Source: Lingula anatina (Eukaryota > Animalia > Brachiopoda). Taken from it: a stretch of DNA of 64,000 nucleotides. Of this stretch, positions 13,501 to 25,100 are shown piece after piece. The position numbers and the translations under genes were made by a program. Below the pieces are notes generated by a model. The model did not search any database, was not told where the DNA came from, and saw nothing but the letters and a program-made list of their open reading frames with translations. The first letter of the stretch is position 1. Each line of letters begins with the position of its first letter. The DNA is taken from NCBI GenBank assembly GCA_051362555.1, contig CM120642.1, positions 21,142,001 to 21,206,000 of the forward strand. The letters run 5' to 3'.

Positions 13501-16500
13501 TTTCTGACAACACATGATGACGGCTGAAACTGAAAACGAGAAAACTCAAATATATAACAATTTGGACACATGCTATGTCACATAATTCCTTTAAAGCTCC
13601 ATGAGAAGAGAGAGTAAATATGACATATAGTATTGTGCCAAACACTTAAACCCATGCAATCTGATCAAAAAATTATTTTCTAGAATTTTTTTTCTGGGTG
13701 AAAGTATTTAAAACAAATGTCAAAATCTGATTTTTTTAAAGGTTTTATTGCTGTATTTTTATCAATTTGACTAAAATGATCTTTCTTTGAAATTAATGTT
13801 AATTAATTTTGGTCAAACTGTTTGGCACATTACCATATATTATGAATTAGAAAAAAAAACTTTTTTACACACATACACATGAGAAAATCATGCTTCATAC
13901 ATATGGGCACTATTGTCAAATGTTGGCCATATGATGATTTTGGAGTACAAGTATAAAAAAATTACTTCAAATTCCAACAAAAAGCCTTCAAAAGTAAAAA
14001 TAAATATGTCACCTTAGCGTGCTTTATAATACCCTTACACATATACATAAGAAAAGTGTACTAAACATTAATTTGATGGTTTTTAATTTATCAACAATTT
14101 AAAAGTTGAAATTCACATGCAAAAATTCTTCAATTACTTCTTGTGCTTGGTTGGACTGTCCAACTCAATGGGGAAAATAGCAAAGGTCAAATTTAAAGTC
14201 ACAGTAAGATTGCCAAATATGCCAATTCCTATTCAAGATTAATGGTAACTGGGTGTATCTCTGCCAGTTTTGGAGACATAAGGGCTGTAAAATTGCAAAG
14301 TACAGTTCACCGTAAAAAGTTGGCCAAAGGTCAAATTTAATTCCACACTAAGACTGCCAATACATGATTTCTTATTCAAACTAAATAGTAGCATAGAGGG
14401 AAAACTGGAGAAAACCCATGTTATTGAGTTTTCTGTATGTTTACAATTATTAAAAACTGACAGTTACCCTCATTGTTAAACAGTTTGTGAAAGTAAAATT
14501 GTTTGTTTGCATGATATCACCTTTTGAGGAGATCAGTTTATTGTAATATGGAGTAATTTCATGTGTAAGACGATGAAAACCCAACTTAAAACAGTAATTT
14601 GAGAGCATTTCATGGTATTATTTTCAAGTGCTTTCACCCAGCTCTTTATTGCCATTTCAATTATTTTGATAGCTGTCCTAGTGCTAGTGAAAATCTGAAA
14701 ACTATTTTGGTGTTTTTCCCTCTAAAATGAAACTACAGATTCACTTGTTGGGGACTGCACTTAATTTCTATATTTTATTTTACTAAATTTAATTTTTACA
14801 ACAGCAATAACAGTTGCATTCTTGCTTTAATTTCACCACTTCCCCTTACCCCATTTATATACCTTTTGATTCAAGCAAACATGTATGCCACAGAGATGCT
14901 GGTTATAAAAACAAACATTATGTGTGTTTTATTCAAAATAGTACTTACTCATTATCTTCCATGCAGACATAGAAGAACTCCAAGTCCAAGCCTTCTAATA
15001 TCAAAAGAACCTGAAGGCCACTGAAACAAAATCATATACCAATATTATATCGCTTATTGTTAATATTTGCTTGCAAAGAAAGACTTTTCAAGTCACAATT
15101 CAATTCTCTTTTACAATTAATTTCAAAATGTCAAAAACATTATCAAAGTACATAGTTATAAGGTTTCTTTCCCAACTCTTTCCTCACCCTATACATTCAA
15201 CTGCCAACTCTGTTGTCTCATCTAGGAGATGTTTGTTGAGCTGATGACGACCAAACCCCTGATCCTAATTTGTGGAAATAAATTTAATATATTTATTACT
15301 ACATAAAATACAGGTTAATCTGGTAAACATATACAGGTGTGATTTTGTGGTATGGTAAATCAGTACTATGGAATATTAAGGATACTAAAATCAAACTTAG
15401 AAGAGGATTACGTGAGTTACAGACTAGCTAGACGACATTGCAAGAGAACAGTCAAAGCCGCCAAGGAACAGACATGGAAAGAATACGGAGAGAATTTGAG
15501 TGAACTGGCTAAGAAGTCATCTCGGCAATTCTACAAAAGTGTTAAAGCAATGAGGCTACACGATGAACCATTTAGCCCGACAACAGTTATAAATGACAAA
15601 GAAGAAAACCCTCTTAACGAAATAAAAAGTATAAAAAGTAGATGGCAGGAGTATTTCGATGGTCTGCTCAACCCAAGAAATCAAGATAGCACATTGCACC
15701 AATTTCATCCAAGTTACCCAGAAGAAGAAAATCCAATAACTATAGAAGCAGAGCTAAGAAAAGCACTTAAGACAATCCCGAAAAATAAAGCTGCTGGGGT
15801 TGACGGCATCACAACTGAAGCCATTCTAGCCTGTAGTGAGATGGGAATCAGCTGGGTGACAAGTATATTCCAAAAAGCATGGTTAGAACAGAAGGTCCCA
15901 GACGACTGGCAACGTGCCATCGTTGTACCAATCTGGAAAAAGAAAGGAAGCAAGAAAGACTGCAACATGTATAGAGGCATCTCCCTTTTGAGTCAAACAG
16001 GAAAAATATATGCAAAAATCTTGGAACAACGCATGAGGTACAAGGTAGAACCATTTCTGAGTGATGCACAGATGGCTTTTAGAAAAGGAAGAGGGTGCAC
16101 AGACGCTATATTCACCCAGACAGTTGAGTGAGAAGGCAATAGAGTACAACAAAGAGCTAAACATAGTATTTGTAAACTCTTCACATCAGGAGGCGAGAAA
16201 AAGACAAAGGGACAAAGACAAGGAACCAAGAGGGTAGCATGCACGTGTTTTTGAAAGTCACAACGTCAGGTAAGTAAAGTACAAGTTAAGTTAGTTTGTA
16301 AGTTTATTTGAAGCTCTAACATGTGATTGTGCACATGAGTATTACGTAACTCCCATGTGAAGTGACATTGGTACTATAATTCAATATGTATTCATTACTG
16401 TATTATGTAGATGTATTCATGTCACAGACTCGCAAATTTATTTACAGTAGACTTCTCTCAATGTCATCAAGTTATATCGCTTATTATTGTTTATCTCAAA

Positions 16501-18250
16501 GAAATCTTATAGAATGGACTTAGTCTTTGGTACTAGCTGCATAGATCACTCAGAATTCTTCCTTCAGAATGTAATTAATAAGAAAATGAAGTTGCTCAAA
16601 GAGCATAGATTAAGGACTAAAACGATAATAAGATTCCCAAATTTTGTCCATGTCTGATTCACATAAAAACTGTAATCTGCTTTTCCTCTCTGTCAATGGT
16701 ATTTGCCAAAATTTTAATGCCTTTGTTCTTACAGAAATATTTCTTGACACACATAAATTAAACATTTCCTACAGCATAACAATCAAAGCTCTCCTCTTGT
16801 TCATATTTCTTTCTAATAAGAACAATGGTGTGCATGCTTAACAGAGAGTACAGTTGGTGAAAGGCTGTCATTATCAGTGTGAAGGCAAAGGGAATGGGTT
16901 TACTTGAAACATTCTCATAGGATTAACTGGACCTTGATATACTTGGTAGTGTGAATGAGCCCAAATAGAACAAGATGATCAGTGGATCAAATATGGTCGA
17001 CTCACTAAAAGGGTAACACCTTATAATCCCCTGATCGTCTCCTTGCCTCCACAAACCGTGTTGGGGCCTAGCAATTAAACCTTGGGAGCCATGATTTAAT
17101 CCACTAAATGGTACATGTGGAGGCGGTGAGACCACAAGGATATTAAGCAGCTTCCTTTTATGATGGGTCTGCCATATTTAGTCCGCAGATAAGTAAGTCG
17201 ACAGATCATCTGTTCTGAATGCTATCGATGACCCCATCATGTTTCAAGATGACCAGAAATTAATCCTGAAACAACTTAGCCAATACAAAAGAAAAAAAAA
17301 TATTATGTTTAAGTTTTATTTCTTTTGCAGGGGAGCAAGTGAAATCACTATAATTATAGGAGGACACCACATAAAAATTGAAATGACTTTTAAATTTAAA
17401 AAAAAATGATCATGCAAATTCTCAAGCTCAGTCCCTTATCACATCCAAGGTAAAACAAACATATGATCTGGCAGTTATGGTGTGAACAATATTAGGCGGT
17501 AACAGCTAACACAAGGACAGGAACATGACGGAGGCAGTGGGCAATCAGAATATATACAGATCTAAAATGATTTAAAATTTAAAACTGATAAGTAAAATCA
17601 AACATCCTTCTTGTCATATGTGAGCTTTACAATTCATGTTTCACTTCTTAATTTAAATTTGATATAGTATGCCTCTTACCTTGAACTGTTTTAGCACTTT
17701 TCCCAGTTTAGGCAATGGGTGTTGAAAATCTTTGTAATAGTACATCATTATCTGCAGAAGTTCAATCTGCTCCCTGAGGTTCTGTTTCAGCCATAATACA
17801 GCCTGTTCCTCAGTCTGTAATGGTATCATTTAGGACATGACAAGCTTGGCACAAGTGATTTCTACAGCAGAGCAACTAGTATGTAAGTCATACTTGCCCA
17901 CAAAGGCAAGTTACTTACATGTCTGACTACAGGTAACATGGACATTCAGAAAAAGTAACTTACCAGGGCTCGACATTAACATTTACAATCACCTGTACTT
18001 CAAACAGGTGGTCATAAATTTGACCTGTCCAAATTTAAAACCAGTACAGCCTGCTCAACAAAGTTGCTGGCTATGGGCCTGTTCATGTAAAATTATTCTT
18101 ATCAACGCAAATCTTCACGTTTCTGTTTAGATACCAAATATCGACAGTAGGTCGGATATGTCGTAAAACACATTTACATGGGCCATATAATGTTTGCTAG
18201 TAATAAAAAATTTGGAAGAATACATAATTTATTTTCAAATTTGATTGAAA

Positions 18251-18289
<39 letters not shown>

Positions 18290-18880
18290 TATGATTATAA
18301 CTGTATTATATTACATATGAGCAGGGATCGTCCTGGGTCAAAATCTGGTTGGGCCATTTTGGCCCACTTGGTCAAAAAAAGTGGGCCATTTTTAAAAAAT
18401 GTGTGCCGTGAATTATTTAGAGAAAATTCATTATATTTCAATATTTTAATGTGATTAAAAACAATGAAAAAAGGCTTGATGCTACTACTCTAAGTCCTAA
18501 ATAGTTGTAGTGTGTGGAAAAATCTTCCAAAATTAACAATTGTGCTGTCCGAAAAATTGAACTTAATGGATAAATCTTTCAGAATTAATAATTGCCGAAC
18601 TATGCCGAATAATTGCACTGCATGGAAAAGGTTGACAATTCCCATTTTTATTGTAAAAAAAAGCCAGCAATTTCAAAAAGGAGGTTCTTTTTCTGAAAAA
18701 GTGGACCTTTTTCCATTAAAACATCATGTACCTAGATCAAATTTTACCCAGAGTGGACCTTTTCCCAGCAAAAGGGGCGGTTCTTTCGGACTCCCCTCCC
18801 CCCAGACTACGGGCAAGAGTCTAAAAAGAATTTTTCTTCAAAATACTTGCTTTCTTTTTTAACCTGGGAGAAACCTGTCT

Positions 18881-18911
<31 letters not shown>

Positions 18912-19098
18912 CTCACATAAAATCTAGCAAGCAACTACATAACATTACAAAAATAAGTTAGCATACCTATTAATGAATTAAGTATTTGTGATTATTTACA
19001 CTGCTGCAGGGCTTGACGCTTATTTTTCAGGTCACCTGTCTGGTCAGGCCTACTGCTAACAAGTTTCACCTGTCCCCAGATAATTTCCACTTGCACAG

Positions 19099-19129
<31 letters not shown>

Positions 19130-22100
19130 AGTTTTTTTTTTTTTTCAATATCTAAGCTTGTTCGTTTAGATAAATATAATGGACAGTTTTGCATCCTGAC
19201 TGTGCCATTGCAGATTTTCCGCATTGAAAACGATGCTGTCCCTCATTTTGACATGCAGCACCGCTAAAGGTGCAATATCACATAAAATTTCCGTTAAAAT
19301 TAGTTAAGAGCACCCATCTAAAAAACCATATTTGTTTACCCAGCACGTGTAGTTAAGTGTTCTCACCTGCGCGGCCGGTCGTAAGCAGTTTGAGCGACCT
19401 GTTTTCAGTGTCTTGAGCAGTACGTTTTTCATTGACCTGTATTTGTTTCAGTTTCTATATATTTTTTTGTAAAACGGCTCATATGTCAGCCCTCACAGCA
19501 TCGGTACTCGCACTTCGAGTGACATCATAATGTATGTCGATCTTTATTGCAAAAAAATAGTGTTTGCTATTTGTACGCGCCAGAATGGAGCAGGATAAAA
19601 TTTTACTTGCGCCTTTCAGAAAAGGGTCGCGCATTTGGCGCAATCGCGCGGCCCAGGATTATCCTTGTATGAGATACTGCCACCTGAGAAAAAAGGGACA
19701 CTCTTGCAAAAAGCAACATAATTTTTCTAATCTCAATTTAGCTTTATGGCAATACTAACTGAAAATCAGTTTATTCAGATTTAGCTTACCATATAGTTCC
19801 CGTAGGTGTCCAATGAAGGAGCAGTAGTGGAACACACCATTTCATACTGGTCTAGTACCTACAGAACACGGAAAGGATGCTGAATTAATAATCCTTAAAA
19901 AGAGCTAAACATGTATAAGTCAATTAAAGGGCCGAGATTTGTCTCAAAAACAAAATGTGGCAGTACATGAAAAGTTTTGATAAAAAAAAAAAAAAAAAAA
20001 AAAGACTTTGGCAATTATTTTTCCAATGAAAAAATGACCCCTTACTTCTATGAATTGTGACCACAGTAAAAACGAGTTTTGGCCCGTTTTATTTCAGATG
20101 GGACATTTTGCTGCAACTTCAATTATTAGTTAGATATTTAAGATGCAGCCTTTTCCTCAGTTCCCAATAAATCTATATCCATAGAAGCATATTTGTATGT
20201 CAATCAAATAAGTATATTTTTGACTTTATGATCACACCTAGTTTGGTGACTTATGATCACACCCATTTTGCAATCCAAAAAAGAAAGAAAAAATTCAGTC
20301 AGGTGATCAAAGTCCCCTGATAATGGTTGAAAAACAGTTGAAATGCAACGTCTCATAGGTAGAACAATACTTCAGTTGGAATTGACTTTCTTACAACATT
20401 CAGATTCTGCAAAATCTACCAAAGGTTTATTTTCAATACATGAATATTCTAAAAAAAATATAAGCATATTCTATGGCAATGTTATAACATTGTTTAAATT
20501 ACAATACAATTTACCCTGATCCAGATGTAAATACTTGTCTATAGTCTATGTAGTAATGTAGCTATAATGTCAGTATGTTGAATGAGCTTCGACAGAATGC
20601 TCAAACTTAAAAAATGAAGTAGATCCTTTATATTACTTACATTTTCAATGAGTGCGTTATCCTTATTAACATCCTCCAAAAAATCAAAGAAAACCTCCTG
20701 TAGCAAAAAAAAAAAAAAAAAAAAAATACTCAAATTTTAACATTAAACAAGGCAGCAAAGCTGTCAAAGGTACAGGCAAAAAGCAGAAAATAATGCACAA
20801 AATGGGATACTGTCAATTCTGATGCAATAACACATTATGCGTAACTGCAAAGTCAACATCAAATTTTAATTATGCACAAAAGGTAATAGGGATGAAATTT
20901 AAAGCATAAGGCAGGCTTCGATGCAGACAAAATTGGGAGCGGATTTTATTTAAAAAAGGAAAAATATCTAAGGACAAGTAAAAAACCCCGTATATTTCTC
21001 ATGTTGCCGCTGCTTATGGAGCAGTCGCCCGTTTGGACCAGTTACTGAGATTGGCACTCGCCAATTCGTTTTAGCGGTCGCATTTGGCGACTGGCGACCG
21101 CCCATTTCCCTCCCTGCAGATTTTTAGTTGAATGTTGGATTAGGGAACCGTGTGACCATACTAGAGAGTGTGCAAACTACTCCCTTCAAAATCTTAAACT
21201 TTGGATGATTTTTTAACTCATATCTAAAAATGAAAAAAATTCAGGCTGGCAACTTTTTTTCTCGCAATATAGTCCCACCCCAACGAGAGTCATTTTGAAA
21301 CCGATTCTTTTTCATAAATTCAAAATCGTGAACATATTTCATTTTAATTTGTGGATGTTTCAGTAATCTTTTGAAATCTTGAGTAAGAGCATGAACTTTT
21401 CTTATTACATAACTTTTAAAAAAATGGCCCAAACATGCTGATTGTCGAACTAGACCTGTTTTATGAATATTCATTCAGTTCCATAAGTTTGCAGACAAAA
21501 GGTAAAACATTTTTCCACTTATCATGTTCTCGGTGAAAGTTCATGGCAGCAGCAACGACAGATGCTGGTGATGGTTTTATGTACAGCCACGTGTCTGTAC
21601 ATAAAAAAAGTAAACTATCATTAGACATGGCTTTGATATGAGTGAATACAAGTAAAAACAGGTCAACTTAAGCTGACATATGTAAGCTGACATATGTAAC
21701 TTATATAAAGGAAAGCTTTTTCTTCCATTTCAAATTATTCACTGAAACTGTACTATGGTTGGACATTCCAGTTGTCAGACTTCTTGAGTTTCGCTGCCCC
21801 TCAACTTTACTGATATAGCACACAGTTTCATCATCTAACACTGCAGCCTATATACCAAGTATCATACCAACCTGGTATCTGTATCCCTCATGCTGCCATT
21901 TACTAAGGATATGCTTTATACATCTGAGCAAGTAGAGTCGCTCACTGAAGTAGAAGTCCCTGGTTCTCAGCACTAATGCCCTCATGTGACGGTCTTCTCC
22001 CAACATGGTCTAAATTCCAAAAGATTTTCATTTGCTTGACTAGATATTCATTCATTCACAAATTCTCTGATTCCCCATTAATGCACAGCTTTCTCAAAGA

Positions 22101-25100
22101 TTGATAATTTTTAACACTGTCAATGAAAACTATCAGTGTTTATCTTTTTTCACTGGTATGCTAAATGCTTAAATTCTTACAATCAACATAGATCTGGAAA
22201 TATACTGGAAATTAATAGTTTCACAAAGTGAGTAAAAGTAATACCAATCAAATGTAATAATCTGTCATTCAACATTAAAAAGGAAATTGTCAGTGAACCT
22301 GTAGATCCTTTTGAGATCCTCTGTAATCATGCTGTAAATACAATCTGTATATGTCATATGTGATGATCTCATCCAAACCCTGAAACAATAAAGACATCCT
22401 AAGTGGCATGAGTTACCAACAGGTGACTAGTAAGTGAATTCATATGTAAGAATAACATATATTTGCAACATTGTAATTCGATAATGTATATGAAATACTG
22501 CAAGTACCACATTTGTCCCAGCTTTTATACTTTTTAAAGTGAAGAACATGTGATTCTGAGAGAGTTAGTAACAGAAATATGCTGAATTATTCAAACTACT
22601 CACTCATATCAACCAAATATATTTTACACTTATGGCATTTCTACACCAACTGAAGTGAAGTCTTGATGGTTAACTGGCCATCTATGTCATACACATTAAT
22701 CAAATTACATGTCATTGCATCAAATGTTGCATACACCTAGTGACCTTTGAATTCAGTTTTTATATCTAAATGATTGAAACATTTGAATTGGCATCAAACA
22801 GCATATTTTGGGGAAAATGGAGGACTCGAAACTGGCACCTGTCCGAGACAGTTAAAAATTGATATCAGACAGGTAAAGTTGCAGAGTTGGCTGTCCCACA
22901 GACAGGTCATAAGTATTTGGACATTAAAAATTGTCAAAGGATGCCAAAATCAAATTTGCTCTAGGGCAACATGAGACCCTGGATAAAAAAAATCTTCATA
23001 GAAGCAACGGTAATGAAAACTGGTGGTGTATTTCCTAATGACCCACAACAGTTGGTGCAGTTCATGGTCTGACCATGTTTCATAAGTTATCTATATTCCT
23101 CCATCCCAAAATACAGCAAATCTCCTTACCAGAAACTGGCTCAATTTCTTCACAGCTTCCTTTTGCTCTGCTCTTATTTGGTGCTTTAGTTCTTTCTCCA
23201 ACAACTCACCACTAGGATTGCTGTTGAGAAAACAAACAAAAAGTAGTTAACACTTTGGCATCACAAATCTAAATATATAACTACCTACAGCAGTACAAAA
23301 TCGTTATGGACTGTGACAGATCCAGATCCCAATCAAGTCCAGTGATTAACAGGCTAAGCCAGATCCCTATTGGTTCCTTGCATTGTTAACAGTACAATGA
23401 GCATATTTTGTATAACATCCACAATTTAATTACACATATCATACAAACAAACTGGCAGCTCACTTGCAAATTACTTGGCCAATTAATATGCTCATTATGA
23501 TTGTAACAATGCAAAGTCTCAATTGGGATGTGACCTAGTCTGGTTAGTAACTGGACTAGATTGGGATCTGAATTGAGACACATATACTGTTATCGTGTTA
23601 TCTGTTTTTTATTTACAGTTCTTGGTGAAATAATTCTGTTTGGTCACACTTGAAACACTATTTTCTGCAAGCCTGGCATTGTGACTCATTATAATTGTAG
23701 CATGTTGCATGTATGCTTTGGGAGGAAGAGCCATCTCTGCTCTCTCAACATTCCACAACTGTGTTAAGAATATTGTCATCCTTTACCCAAAACTCCTTAT
23801 TTGCAACCTTACATACATTCTTTTGGGTAATAGATCAATCTTCAGTGTTCAGTGACTAAATTAATTTAAGGTACATATGAACCAAGGATCATTGGAGCGT
23901 GGATTCCCAGTAACATATATAAACCACTTCTACTAGTTTCTTATACGACTTAAATAAATTAGACATGCCAACGGACAAACTTAATAAATGACTCTATCAG
24001 CCATAAAAGAGCTTTAGACTGCTCCTTTCTTTAAATTCTTGGTCAGAAATTTAACCTACTTTCATGACCTACTTTTCTGCCTCATTTATATACAGCATAG
24101 AATGCTTGCAGAAAAATCTGTTCAAATATCATTTTTGGGTAAAATTAAACAATATCTTTTGGTAATTTTCTTAGTTATACTACTTGAAACTGTATGCTGG
24201 CATTTAGTTGGCTTTTGTGGCAAAAAATTGATTTCATATGCATCTTTAACACTTACATGTCATCTTATCATATGGGTGACGCATAATTGCTATTTTGGGG
24301 TAAAAACTGAAAAAGATGAAAAGTGTTCAATTGACTATACAAGCTTTGACTTGCTTATGCTTCTATGTTGCAATAAGAATTATAAACACTGATATTTAAC
24401 ATTTTCGAGGGTTTTTCATTGTTTTAAATCAGCACAAAGATAGATGGATTATTGAATGATCAGATGCAGGAAAAACTTCATTTTTGGTATCTGGATGATA
24501 ATAAAGGGTTACAATATCCTTAATGTCACCCAAATCATGACCTACAGCAATAGGGCATTTTCAATTGCAGCGCCCATTTTATGGACTACCCTCACACATT
24601 CAGACTACAGACAGTGTTAAGGTTTTTAAAAAAGACTTGAAAACATTCTTTTTTGCACAGTACTTCAATTAATTTTAATACTTGAAATTATACATTTTCT
24701 TATTTTATCATAAAAAGTTTTATTATTTAGACTATTACTTTTGTAACCAGCATTAATCATTTAAATTGTTTTATTCAACTCAGCTTCTGTAATTCTGATA
24801 ATTTTATTTGTAAACAGCACTGAGATGGAAGTGTAGTGCGGTTTGCAAGAAATAAATATTATTATTATTATTAAATATTTAACTAGCCTGTGCTTCACCT
24901 AACTCTTAGGCTCTTACCAGCTAGCGTTTTCTTCTAAAATATCTTTCTTTTATGTTTAGGAAATCATGTGAAATCTTTTGAAACCAGAGAATGTAAAATT
25001 TTATCTTTGCCTTTTACAAAATGACACCAAAAGATATTTAAGCTTATTTTCATTAGGGTGGCAACCACATCTCAATGCAGCACTTCTGCCTGATGTGGAC

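Noticed and set aside
15714-16244. Minus-strand ORFs overlapping the reverse transcriptase
   Set aside because: Antisense shadows of the LINE ORF.
21774-21834. C/D snoRNA-like ATGATGA...CTGA in Nup188 intron 6
   Set aside because: Only about 58 nt, weak terminal stem, about 40 nt from the donor, and only a ~7-nt match to a recalled 18S segment.
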